Assembly: GCA_951406725.2 (NCBI GenBank)
Contig: OX597833.1
Coordinates: 41,974,001-42,038,000 of the forward strand
Direction of reading: 5' to 3'
DNA length: 64,000 nt
From: Octopus vulgaris
Lineage: Eukaryota
Of this stretch, positions 11,761 through 24,800 are shown one piece after another; position 1 is the stretch's first letter, and each line of letters begins with the position of its first letter. The notes beneath the pieces are model-generated. The model was not told the origin of the DNA. It worked only from the letters and a program-made list of their open reading frames with translations, and searched no databases. The translations under genes were made by a program, and so were the position numbers.

Positions 11761-12081
11761 GTGGCAGTGATGTAGTCTGGGGTGTGCAGGTCTCATAGGA
11801 CAGCCACTTTATGTTTGTGTGTTTGCTGTAGATATGTTGCTTTTAATGAAGGTTGCAGTCAATTTGGTTACTGCAGAAGTTGACTAAAAGCCACTCTATA
11901 TCACTGGGAGATGGCTTGTAGTTTCTCCAAAGCATGTATGACCATAAAATCACAACTATGCAGAAGAGTATGGCAGCTCATTCCTTTTCTTATTGATATT
12001 GGGCTGGTTTTAATTATTTTCTCTTTGCCTTGCAGCAATATGGTTGTTTTCCATTTTGACATGGTATGGTTTATTGATTAA

Positions 12082-12314
12082 AAGGCGGCAAGCTGGCAGA
12101 AACGTTAGCACACCAGGCAAAAAACGTAGCCGTATTTTGTCTGCCGTTACGTTCTGAGTTCAAACTCCGCCAAGGTCAACTTTGCCTTTCATCCTTTCGG
12201 AGTCGATTAAATAAGTACCAGTTACGCATTGGGGTCGATGTAATTGACTTAATCCATTTGTCTGTCCTTGTTTGTCCCCTCTGTGTTTAGCCCATTGTGA
12301 GTAGTAAAGAAGTA
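12082..12314 (+). mobile_element. tRNA-headed SINE family B (Meta-domain-like GTCGACTTTGCCTTTCATCCTTTCGGGGTCGATAAATTAAGTACCAG)
   Basis: ~20-bp TSD GGTATGGTTTATTGATTAAA. Other copies at about 13410-13810, 14480-14672, 18313-18730 (dimer), 22762-22970(-), 23093-23323, 27873-28026(-), 33518-33735, 36295-36440, 42500-42915 (dimer), 43270-43827 (-, trimer), 49490-49850, 51522-51937 (dimer), 59990-60226. Confidence 0.9.
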
Positions 12315-13811
12315 GGTATGGTTTATTGATTAAAGCACAACGTCAGTATAAAACTGCTATATTTATGCAAAGTGTCTTCTTTATCAAAGAGTATGATACT
12401 ATGTTTTGATAGTCATAAACTAAAGTTATTTTGTTTTCCTATTTTTACTACCTTCTGTAACCATGTGGTTCACTAATAGTTATTCCTTACAGCCAGGCAT
12501 CCTTTTCAACATCCATTTTTTTCTTTCATTCAGTTGAGTATAGTTGGAAGGGCTAGATTTTGTATGTCACTTGCAAATATATCATAAGTCTACATTGGTT
12601 GCTGGTATTTTTGTTTTGGAAAATTAATATTGCTTCCCCCTCCAACAGTTTGTTTTTAAATCATTGCCAAAGCACTTATTATAGATTGTTTCCATTTTTA
12701 CTCCTCGCAAACTAGTTATTTTGCTTCAGTCAAGTGCATTATAAAGATTGAGTCAACCACTTTTACTTTAGCTGAAAGTTTTCCTGTGTCTGGTCATTAT
12801 GGTGAAAGAGGTCATTTAGAGGATGAGGATTGAAAACAAGACTTTTTTTCTCTTGTTAAGCAATGGCATCACTAGGATTGGTGTCACTCAACACCCACTA
12901 TGATGACTCATGGTATCCCCCCATGGGCTTCCTCTACCAGATCATGCAGAATCCTTTGCAACACATTTTTGTACTAATGTTACTAGTAAATTGCAATTTC
13001 TATGTATCATTAAATCTAATGGCAACAGCAGTTACATAAACATCCTGTGAAGTTGAAATTACATATTTAAATTACAATATCTCATAACAAACATTACTGT
13101 ATTTATGCATGGTTTCATGCGATTAAAGCAAACATTCAGTGAAAAAAAATGAAAAAAAATTCAAAGTAAATTTTATTGGTACAAGTAAATTTTATTGAAA
13201 TATAGTAATGGAATAGATGAACTTTTTTATGAATATCCCTTTTTCTATAAAATCCACTTCTGGTGTTACCTTTTCTGATAATGCCACTCTTTTGATACCA
13301 GTGTGATTAAGTCCTTATAAACTTCAGAAAGAAAGGTGTGAGTAACAAAGTATTGCCCTCCAATTAATTCACGAAAAGATGAGTGACAGTGGCAAGTTAG
13401 GTGAAGTTGGATGAACAGGAAGAGAAACTGGCAAAATTGTGAGCACACCGGGTGAAAAACTTAGCAGTATTTAGTCTGTTGCTATGTTGTGAGTTCAAAT
13501 TCTGCTGAGGTTGACTTTGCTTTTCATCTTTTTGGGGTCAATGAAATAAGTACCAGTTGAACACTGGGGTCAATGTTATTGACTTATCCCCTCATTAGTA
13601 AGGTGGGGAGCTGGTAGAATCATTAGCACTTTGGATGAAATACTTTGTGGTATTTAGCCTGTTGCTACATTCTGAGTTCAAATTCTGCCAAGGTCAACTT
13701 TGCCTTTCATCCTTTCAGGGTCGATAAATTAAGTACCAGTGAAACACTGGGGTCAATGTAATCATCTAGGTCTCTCCCCCAAATTTCAGGCCTTGTGCAT
13801 ATAGTAGAAAG

Positions 13812-14024
13812 GGTGGTGGTGGTGGTGGTGGTGGTGGTGGTGGTGGTGGTGGTGGTGGTGGTGGTGGTGGTGGTGGTGGTGGTGGTGGTGGTGGTGGTGG
13901 TGGTGGTGGTGGTGGTGGTGGTGGTGGTGGTGGTGGTGGTGGTGGTGGTGGTGGTGGTGGTGGTGGTGGTGGTGGTGGTCTTCTTCTTCTTCTTCTTCTT
14001 CTTCTTCTTCTTCTTCTTCTTCTT

Positions 14025-14055
<31 letters not shown>

Positions 14056-14100
14056 TTATTATTATCATCATTATTATTATTATTATCATCATTATTATTA
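13812..14100. repeat. Compound trinucleotide tract (GGT)n-(CTT)n-(TTA/TCA)n
   Basis: Pure GGT run 13812-13979, CTT run 13980-14054, then TTA/TCA. Confidence 0.98.
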
Positions 14101-14457
14101 TTCAGTAGTCTTATTTTTATCATGTGCTTTCACTGCACTACTGAGTGCAGCTCTGTGTGCCTTGGGTATATGCTGTGGTTTGCTGTTGTGCTCTTATTTT
14201 CACTGTATTGAAAGTGTTTTACACAGGAAAGTGTTTTACATAGGTGCCTGGTAGTGCTATTTTCTGTATTTTCTGGTGTTTTTGTTATGCATTTGTCTGA
14301 ATGTTTTTAAATCATACCTAATGCATCTACTATTATAGGGATTGTTTGTGTTTTTATGCTCCACATTTGGGTTATCTCTATTTCCAGATCTTTCTATTTT
14401 GAAAGTTCCTCCATTTCTTTTAGAGATATATTGTCATCTTTTGGGATTGATACAACA
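14101..14457 (-). mobile_element. 3' end of an R4/Dong-like RLE retrotransposon
   Basis: Minus strand VSIPKDDNISLKEMEELSK*KDLEIEITQMWSIKTQTIPIIVDALGMI...IQKIALPGT, a short 3'UTR, and (TAA)n on both flanks. Confidence 0.8.
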
Positions 14458-14983
14458 TTTATCATTATTATTATTATTAACGTGGTAAGCTGGCAAAATT
14501 GTTAGCATGTTATGCAAGCTGCTTTGTAGCATTTTTTCTAGCTTTACGTTCTGAGTTCAAATTCTGCTGAGGTCAATTTAATAAAATAAATACCAATTCA
14601 GCACTGGGGTTTGATGTAATTAACTTATCCTCTCCTTTGAAATTGCTGGCCTTGTGCCAAAATTTGAAACCATTATTGTTATTATTGTTGTTGTTATTAT
14701 TATTTTTGTTACTGAGTGAGAGAGCAGTGCATGCCATCAAAATGACACTGGGGCACAAATATACAAAGACCAGTATACTCATCATAGTTATTTATCTGTA
14801 AGGGTATACCAGGTACATGCATCACAACCATATGTGCACGACATGGTGATCTCATATCAAGATAAACAGCACATGACCTTGCAGGTGGGGCCCTGTTAGA
14901 ATTTTCTTCTGGTTGAGTAGCCCATCTTGCTCAAAAGGTCCCTGAATAAGGGTTGTTTAAGGAAGTTGAATAAAACACCCATG

Positions 14984-17074
14984 AGATCTATTTGGTTTGG
15001 TTGCCAACATTGCAAAAATCAAAGTTTATCAAAATTTTTTTATTTAGGAACATTAATATACTTTAAAATGCTGAATTGCTGGAGTTATTTCACTTTTTCT
15101 TGAAAAAAATAAAAAAAAAATTATAGAGATTTAAAATTTGATCATTTTTGCCCAGTCAGGAAACAGGATTTGGAAGCTGTCATTTTGTGCTTGACTGCAC
15201 ATTTTGTCAACATCATGAAAAGAGCACATGTTGTCAAGAAAGAGTAAACAACACGTCTTTTGCAGTTTTAAGCATTGCGATAGCACGAACTTAAAAGATT
15301 TATCCAAAAATGTTATTTAGCTGTTATTTTTAGCACACCTCACAACCACCTCAGTGACAAAAACAAACGAGTAAACAACACATATTTTGTAGTTTTAAGA
15401 TTTCAATATGCTTTTAATGCAAATGTGATATACAACACATTACATGCAATAAACACATTACAATTTAAATATGCTTAAAAAACAAACATTTAAGCCCTCA
15501 ATATGCATTTAATGCAAATGTGATAAGCAACACATTACATGCGATAAACACATTATAATTTTTCCCCACAAATGGTTTGAATACAATTTTAAGAGAAAGA
15601 TTTGGAAGAATTTGATGAAAGGTCTCTAGTAATTTTCTTTCATGTAAATAAATGTTTATGTTAATTTTGAAATTTGCCAGCAAAATCTTATAAAATGACA
15701 ATGTTCCAAAAGATGTACATGTTTATATGTTATATATGAAAATAAAAGAGTGAAAATATATACTTAAAAAACAAACATTTAAGCATGCAATAAGCAACAC
15801 ATTATAAAATATTTAAAAAATTAAAAATGAAAGTTAGAAATACAGTCAATCGATTTCTTGAACATATCATAATTTTCATACCTCTTGCACCACATAAATT
15901 CACAGAGATATAAATTTACTATAGAACAGTGAGTGCCACAGTGTTGTTTATTACCTCACTTCACAGATGCCCATGTACTCTCCACTTGTTGAGTGTGGGT
16001 ACCTTCTTTCAGGTTAACAAATCCAATGCTGTGGTTCACTGTTCTATGCTGAAAACTGTAACCATCAATTTCAGGAATGTGAAAGTATACTCTCCACAAA
16101 TCACTGAAAATTCTGGTTCCTGGATGAATTAAGTGATGTATACATTCTTCCATGGCACTGCATACAGAAAAACCTATCTTGTCTTGCAACACACTCCTCC
16201 AAAAACCTAATGCTCAGGTAGGACCCTTCCTTGGTTGTACCTATGTCTTGAGAAGACTGTCTTGATTTCAACAATCTTCCCTGGACCACCAACTTGAATT
16301 GGATGACAGATCAAGTCCTCCGCACATATTTTCCTAACACAGCTATTATAATCAACAGCTGTGCTATGGTTCATCTCCAGTTCTTCAACACAATACTGGA
16401 CTGAAGTCAATTCCTTAACCCAAGAGTAAAGAAAAAACACTACAGTCCTAAGAGGAAGGGTTCCACCTTCAAACCATGTATCTTTCCTCACTAACACAGA
16501 CTCCATGCATTCACTGTGCAAGCATCACCAGTACACATTCCCACCATGTCTTTTTGTACACATAACATGCTTCTTCCTTTTACATAATTTTCTTTTGGGT
16601 ATAATACCCTTTTCTTGTAGGTACAACATAGTATCATTCTCTGTTCTTAGTGTTTCTATTATAGAAGCGAGGTTACTGGAGCTTGTTGCCATAACCAAAC
16701 AGTAAAATTTCTAACAGAACACTGCGTCAATAAGTGATTTCAATATATTTGTCAACATGTGCTTTCTCGCAGACAAAAGAGTTCTCAGTTCTGCTTGTTC
16801 CTATGGAAACAGGCACATGCTTTCCCACAAACAAAAGAGTTCTCATATTGTTCCTGTTATTATACTATGAAAACAGGCATGAACATGTCTGTGGCTTATG
16901 ATTGGCTAAATTTACCCCAAATTTTCAAACTTTAATTGCTAATAACTCTTTATTTATTGATTTATAGCGAAAATGATTTTCACATCATTTATTAACCCAT
17001 AAATGTGTTTCATTTCACTGAATATGAAAAAAATTCAAACAGAATTGATGCTGGCAGCCAAACTGAATAGATCC
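14984..17074 (-). mobile_element. Full-length but decayed Merlin/IS1016-superfamily DNA transposon (2091 bp)
   Basis: 27-bp TIRs (22/27 match, consensus GGATCTATTYRGTTTGGYTGCCARCAT); 8-bp TSD CACCCATG at 14976-14983 and 17075-17082. An uninterrupted paralogue of the host repeat (20945-21500, -) carries CACCCATG only once. Confidence 0.92.
15956..16692 (-). pseudogene. Merlin (DDE_Tnp_IS1595-like) transposase pseudogene
   Basis: ATG at 16692. Frameshifted pieces VRKDTWFEG, QVGGPGKIVEI, RYNQGR...VFGG, GTRIFSDLWRVY, HRTVNHSIGFV, GTHTQQVESTW match Merlin/IS1016 transposase motifs. Confidence 0.88.
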
Positions 17075-17611
17075 CACCCATGTTTCCAGAGGTGAATTAT
17101 TCAAACCACTAAGAATCCCTCTCGACACATGGCTATGATTCGCCTCCTCTACTTCTGCCCGTAATCAGAGATGCACATATCGTCAGCCACTAAGGGACAT
17201 GCTCAACTGGTTATGGTGAAGCAACTGACCTGCAAATCTGTGGTATTGAGCAGAATATTTGCTGTAACCCATCTTTTATACCAAGACAAAACATATACAT
17301 GATAACACTTCCAATCAGCTAAGATCAGAAGCCATGAGAGCCAGTGCCTGGTATTGCATCGGGGCATTTATTATCATCATCATCACCATAATCATCATCA
17401 TCATCATCATCATCATCATTATAAATCATCATTAGCATCATCATTACTATAATAATCATTATTATTTTCATTATCAATATCATTAAAATAATTTTAGTAT
17501 GATAATTATTATTGTTATAATAATAACAGAAATAATATTTATCATTATTGCCATAATAATAATAATATCTATTATTATTGCCATAATAATAATAATATTT
17601 ATTATTATTGC

Positions 17612-17652
<41 letters not shown>

Positions 17653-17988
17653 CTATTTTTTTTTATTATCATTATCAATATTATCATTATTATTGATAAT
17701 ACTATTCCTGTCATAAATATCCGGTCAACTCCATCTATATACTCCACAGGTATCACATTCTCATTGCCTTCACTTTCATCTTCATATCTATTTCCTTATT
17801 ATATCCTGGCTAGACAAAAGCTGCTGGTATACACTTATTAAAAATAAGTTGGCTTTATTTCTGTATAACACATACACCTACACATACCTACATATTCACT
17901 TCATTCTTTTGCTATTTTTATGTCTGCAAAAGAATCGTTTGGTTTAACAATCACAATAGCAAATATATCTTGAGGGGTCAAACTAGAG

Positions 17989-18243
17989 CAGTGGTTCTCA
18001 GCCAAGTTTTGTCTATGGACCCCTTTGATTCCTATTTTACTTGGATGGACCCTCATAGCCATTCAATGTTTTAAAAAAATCCCAATTATATTTTTATGAT
18101 TAAATATTATTGGGAATTGCATGAAAAATATTAAAGTATTTTGTATATGGTTGAAGTATAAACAACTTATTGTAAATAAACTTTAGCAATGAACTCTTAT
18201 ATTAACCCTCAATGGTCATGTAGACCCCATTTGAGAATCATTG
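17989..18243. mobile_element. hAT/Charlie-type MITE
   Basis: Termini CAGTGGTTCTCAG ... TTGAGAATCATTG. Confidence 0.7.
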
Positions 18244-18829
18244 TTATGAGTGGTCAAACTAGAGAGATTATTCTTTTATTGGTTTTGGTCACTGGATTGT
18301 GGAATCAAGAATAAGGCAGCTTGCTGGCAGAAACATTAGCACACCGGATGAAATGCTTAGCGGTATTTCGTCTGCCATTATGTTCTGAGTTCAAATTCCG
18401 CCGAGGTCGACTTTCATCCTTTTGAGGTCGATAAATTAAGTACCAGTTATGCACTGGGGTCGATATAATCGACTTAATCCATCTGTCTGTCCTTGTTTGT
18501 CCCCTTTGTGTTTAACCCCTTGTGGGTAGTAAAGAAACAGGAATTTCGTCTGCCGCTACGTTCTGAGTTCAAATTCCGCCGAGGTCGTCTTTGCCTTTCA
18601 TCTTTTCGGGGTCGATAAATTAAGTACCAGTTACGCACTGGGGTCGATATAATCGACTTAATCCATCTGTCTGTCTGTCCTTGTTTGTCTCCTCAGTGTT
18701 TAGCCCCTTGTGGGTAGTAAAGAAATAGGTCATTGGATTGTGGTCGTACTGAAGAATTGCTATCAAAGGTATAATTGATATCAACCCTAGCACTTATTTC
18801 AGTTTTTATTTTTCAAACTTTATTTAGCA

Positions 18830-19187
18830 GTTGGATGGTTGTTATATGAAGATGCTTAAAATGACCCTCAATGTCTCCTGGAAGAGTCATACAACAAATG
18901 CCAACATATCAGTAACATTGAAGATACAACATAGAAGGCTGAGGCTAGCTGGACACTGCATCAGACATACCGGTGAAATTGCTCACTAGCTAGTGCTCTG
19001 GTAACTAACGGAAGGAAGAACCAGGATGGGAAGGAGGAAGATGACCTATATTGATAACTTGCTGGAGGATACTGGTATGAAATGGGTACAGGAGTTGAGG
19101 ATCATTATGGAAGATCGAGATGAGTGGGGAAAACGTGTGGAAACAGTCTTGGCACATCCTGAGGGATGACCTAGATAGATAGATAGA
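18830..19187 (+). mobile_element. Degenerate RTE-group LINE 3' fragment with (TAGA)n tail
   Basis: LDGCYMKMLKMTLNVSWKSHTTN...RRLRLAGHCIRH...LVLW...GRRKMTYIDNLLEDTG, followed by TAGA repeats. Confidence 0.75.
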
Positions 19188-20512
19188 TTTATTTAGCAAA
19201 CTATAACCAATCCATCTGTTCACTAGGGTAGTTCTACTTGCCCAAGGCAGTGGGTCATTAGGGGTCTCTTACTTCACCTGATGGCATCTTGAGAAACAGC
19301 ACAGGGCTTATGGCCAATGAATTGAGAATATGAACTCCTTCACGAACTCCAGAGATAGAGAAAACTCTACTTCTCCATTACTTTTTATTCAAAGGCTCTG
19401 GAATTAGAAAAATGTCCTGGTCAGTATTATTTGGAGCATTCTCGATAAGAGCTCTCCTTCCTCACCCAGAGAATGCAGCTACTAACATTGTCTTCATGAG
19501 AAACCGCACATACTGTAACGGCCTGTAGCATTCTTCAAGAAAACAGTCGTTATATTGCTACAACCTACAATGTTCTCTGTTAATTAATTTTAAGCCATTA
19601 ACTGTTAATAAAGGCTTTACTGAAATTTATTAGCTGTGCTTTTTGTGCCTGTGAAACTTAAAGTAATGCAATTCTGAACTAAATCATTAATAAATTATTT
19701 AAATCTCACAAATTGTGTTGAATGCTCTTTTCTTTCATTTGTATACCTATCTGTATGTATGTGTGTGTGTATGTCTGTGTGTGTGTGTGTGTGCGTGTGC
19801 ATTGTATATTATACTATCATATATCATACACCTGATATATTCAGATGAGTTACCAGCGTTGCCTTACTGGCACCTGTGCCGGTGGCGTGTGTAAAAAGAT
19901 TCGAGTGAGGTCATTGCCAGTACCACCTGACTGGCCCTCGTGCTGGTGACACATAAAAGCACCCACTACACTCTCGAAGTGGTTGGCATTTGGAAGGGCA
20001 TCCAGCAGTAGAAACTCTGCCAGATCAAGACTGGAGCCTGGTGCAGCCATTTGGTTCACCAGCCCTCAGTCAAATCATCCAACCCATGCTAGCATGGAAA
20101 GCGGACGTCAAACGGTGATGAGTACCCTCGTCTTAGTTGCTATAGTTATAATATATCAATATACCACTTGTCCAAATCTAACAGTGTTTACAGTATAATC
20201 ATCATCATCATCTTTTAGCATCCATTTTCTCTGCTGGCATGAGTTAGATGGTTTGAATGGAGCTGGAGAGCTGTGCCAGTCTGGTTTTGGCTTAGTTTCT
20301 ACAGTTGGATGCTTTTCTTAATTCCAACCACTCCAAGAGTGTAGTGGATGCCTTTTATGTGTCACTGTCATGGGTGCCTTTTATATACATACATACACAC
20401 ATACATACATACACACACTCATACATACATACACAGACACACACATACATACATACACACATACATACATACATACACACATACATACATACACACACAC
20501 GCACACACACAC

Positions 20513-20545
<33 letters not shown>

Positions 20546-20944
20546 CATACATACATTTATGCTCTGTAGATGTAAAGTATTGGGATGCCACCCTTGTCTG
20601 GAGTCGATACCTCAGGTCTCATTGCCATAAAGCAATGTTCTGAGGATGAACTCTGTAGACTGCAATTCCAATATATACAGAGATACACACACACAAACAC
20701 ACAAGCATGCACACACACACATGCATGTAATATGTATGTACGACAAGTTTCCTCAGTTTCTGTCAACTAAGTTCACACACAAGGTATTGGTTGACCCTTG
20801 GTTAAAGTATAGAATGTCAGCCAACAGTGTCTATAATATGACTGAACCTTGACCATGTGGTTCTGAGGCACATTTCTTAACCACACAGCCTTATATGTGC
20901 TTATTAAACAGCAGTAGCAGCAGCAGTACCAGTAGTAGTAGTAG

Positions 20945-21500
20945 TAGTAAATCCTCTGATGCAGTACCAGACAGTGACTCTCATGGCTTCTAATCTTAGC
21001 TGGACTGAAAGTGTTATCATGTACATTGTTTTGTCTTGGTATAAAAGATGGGCTACAGAAAATGTTCTGCTCAATACCACAGATTTGCTTGTTAGTTGTT
21101 TGACCGTAACCAGTTGAGCATGTCCCTTAGTGGCTGACGATATGTGCATCTCTGATCATGAGCAGAAGTAGAGGGGGAGCATCATAGCCATGTGCTGAGA
21201 GGGATTCTTTGGGGTTTGAATAATTCACCTCTGGAAACATGGGTGTTTCATTCAACATCCTTAAACAACCCTTATTCAGAGACCTTTTCAGCAGGATGGG
21301 TTACTCGACCAGAAAAAAAAATTCTAACTGGGCCCTACCTGCAAGGTCATGTGCTGTTTATCTTATGTCGTGCACACATGGTTGTGATGCATGTGCCTAG
21401 TGTACCCTTATCAGACGGGTAGTCACGATGGGTATACTGGGCTTCGTATATTTTACCCCAGTGTCACTTTGATGGCATGCATTGCTCTCTCACTCACTCA
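20945..21500 (-). repeat. Unclassified ~550-bp interspersed repeat (family E)
   Basis: Reverse complement of 14715-14983 joined to 17083-17370; a fragment also at ~52905-52972. Confidence 0.85.
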
Positions 21501-21788
21501 ATAATAATAATGATGAGAAGAAGAAGAAGAAGAAGGACAATAACAACAACAACAACAACAGCAATAATAACAACAATGACAATGTCTAATAGAGGCACAA
21601 GGCTACAAATTGAAGGGTATGGGTTAATCAATTAGAACAACTCCAGTACTTGATTGGTATTCTATTTTATTGATGCTGGAAGGATGAAAGGTAAAGTTGA
21701 CCTTGGCAGGATTTTGAATTCAGAATATAAAAGGCTGGAACAAATGTTGCCAGGCATTTGTCCAACTAATCAAATAATAATAAAATTA

Positions 21789-21837
<49 letters not shown>

Positions 21838-24800
21838 TAGTTGCAGAAGATGCCACTTTCAGTGCTTTCATGATAAATATATTATTTCATGTACTGACTT
21901 GATAGCAATCTTTAAATTATATCATTGCAAATTTAATGTTAAATATTTTTCTTTATTCATTTGCCTTCAGCCAAAAAGACAGCAACACTTTCTTCTCCTT
22001 CTTTGCTTAAATAACAGCCAAGCCCCACCTCAACCCTAACTTTATATCATTCTCTCCTCACAGCGGTTGAGTTTTCCAAAACCCTTCTTTATTTATTTAT
22101 TTACTTATTTATTTATTTTGTTTGTTTCGGATAAAAGTTTTCAATGTTTTGTGTTCATGTCCTTCTGTCAAGATGAAGAAGAGATAAATAGAAAAAAAAA
22201 AAAGTAAAAGAATTAATTTGCATGCAGATTCATGATATTAACAGCACATTGATTTAGTCTTAGTTTTATTACAACCTCATTCTTCTTCAATTATGTAGCA
22301 ACAAATTCTGTTAATTGCAAACAAGTCATGATAATTAATTCCTTGAACTGAGATAACCAATCAGAATATGTCTAAGTCTCTTTAAACAACATTTCATCAA
22401 AGAACCTTGTTATTGTATGTTATATTATATTAATGTGTGAACACTGTTTTTTGAGCAATTTTCAGATAAATGCATGAATGACAGTGAAAGATAGCGACCA
22501 GATTCATGACCAGCAGGTTTAAAATAATAACTGTCAATTATAATCTTGTATTTTGTTCTTTCTGGGACAGTTGTTATTTATATATTTTAGATTTTATGTC
22601 CCCTTTGTAAAGAGTTATTACTAATGTCCCACATAATGATGCATTTGGTCAATGTGATGTAGAGATGGCAAATGATACATTTTAACTTGCATCTTACAAG
22701 TTCAACTGGTCTCCATCAGAAGGTGTCAGAGTAGTTTTACAAAAGAAGTCTTGATTCTTATTTCTTTATTTCCCACAAGAGGCTAAACATAGAGGGGACA
22801 AACAAGGACATTAAGTCGACTACATCGACCCCAGGGTGTAACTGGTACTTAATTTATTGACCCCCAAAAGGATGAAAGGCAAAGTCGACTTCGGCAGAAT
22901 TTGAACTCAGAATGTAACGGCAGATGAAATACTGCTAGGCATTTCACCCAGCGTGCTAACGATTCTGCCGTAGTGCAATGATTAGCTTATACCAGCTTAC
23001 CAGACACAGATGTTAAGGCCATCTAAATGGTGACATATTGCAATGTAGTTAGATGTACAAGTGTCCTGAGGATGTTAGGTTGCTATATATAAAGGCGGCG
23101 AGCTGGCAGAAACGTTAGGACGCCGGGCGAAATGCGTAGCCGTATTTTGTCTGCCATTACGTTCTGAGTTCAAATTCCGTCGAGGTCGACTTTGCCTTTC
23201 ATCCTTTCGGGGGTCGATAAATTAAGTACCAGTTACACACTGGGGTCGATGTAATCGACTTAATCCGTTTGTCTGTCCTTGTTTGTCCTCTCTGTGTTTA
23301 GCCCCTTGTGGGTAGTAAAGAAATATATATATAGTAGTGTAAATAAGTGTGTATACGTCCTTAAGATGTTAGGTGATAGTATCATATATTGTGGTGTGAT
23401 TCGAACATATGTATGGATCTTTAGGATGTAATGGCCATATATTGAGGTATGGTTCAAAGATTAATCTTTAGGAGGTCATATATTCTGTCGTTTAACAGTA
23501 GGAATATCTTTTGTGGTTGACAATGTAACTATTGTTAGGACTGTTGATGCTCTAATTTTTTTGAATAAGGACTTGAAGTCTGTTGTATAATTTAAGGTGG
23601 ATATGGAAGGTTAATACTTTATTAGTTTTGGAGGGTGTAGAGGTATTTATGTCATTATGGAGATTTTTCTTATGCAACATCTATTTCAGTAATGTGTTAA
23701 TTAACAGGTGTGTTAAAGCTTGACTGAATATTTGAATAAATTGGATTGAGTAGTCAGAGCTATCTTATTTGATACTTGCTTTTGTGTTGATGTATTTTAG
23801 ATTGGGAATGGAGTAGCTTCTGCAATTAATTTGTTAAAAGTACAATATTACAGTGTCTAAGTTAGTGATTTTGCTATTGTGACCACAGAAAAATTCTCAA
23901 AAACCTAGAAATCAATAAAATTGGTGATGGCCCAATTGGTGGTGGCCCAAATATGACAAATTTGTGAAATATGTAGAACAGTGACTTATGGCATATTGGA
24001 CATAACCCATGTTTCCCTTTCTGTTTCTTTGTAAACATATATCTTGCTAGAAAACTGAAAATTCATCTTTACTCATAGCACACAAGTTTATCCTATTTTG
24101 ACTTCAGCCACTCTTTAAACGAGGTTTCATTAAACTCTTGTTTTATAATTTAATGGCTTCAAATTTTGGAACAAAGCAAGAAATTTCAGGAGTAGGTAAG
24201 TTGATTACATCGATCCCAGTACTTTTTTAAAGCCTGGTTCTTATTCTGTCAGTCTCTTTTGTCACACTGCAAGGTTATGAGGACATAAATTTCCCAACAC
24301 CAGTTATCAAGTGATGGAGAGGGTACAAACACAGACACAATAACATATACAGTTATATATATATATATATATATATGATGGGCTTCTTACAGTTTCTGTC
24401 TACCAAATTCACTCACAAAGTTTTGGTTGGCCTGAGGCTATTACAGCAAACACTTGCCCAAGTTACCATATAATGGGATTGAACCCGGAACCATGTGGTT
24501 GGGAAGGAAGCTTCTAACCACATAGCCATGCCTGTCTTTATTTTTTATTCTTTTTGCATGACTTAATCAAAATTAGAACGGCAACACATACCACCCTTGC
24601 CAAGGTTTCTGAGATTAACGAGGGAGGGATGGAGAAAGTTATCCTCAGACCTGAGACCTAAAGTGATTCCTTGCAAAATAATGTGCTCTGTTAGAAGAAC
24701 CTTGCTCTTAAACAGTGATGGAAAACTAGGTGATAGGTTAAAGAACAGGAGCAAAAGATCATAGAAACTCACATAATGAAATGATATTCAATGTTTCAAA

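Noticed and set aside
13707-14211. Poly-V/F, poly-K/T and poly-R/P ORFs
   Set aside because: Pure trinucleotide repeats; no splice context or domain.
17325-17756. 143-aa Y/N/I/D-rich ORF
   Set aside because: (TAA)n/(TCA)n low-complexity sequence.
19250-19580. Unique-looking segment with a possible minus-strand acceptor
   Set aside because: The minus-strand frames I translated all contain stops and show no recognisable homology.
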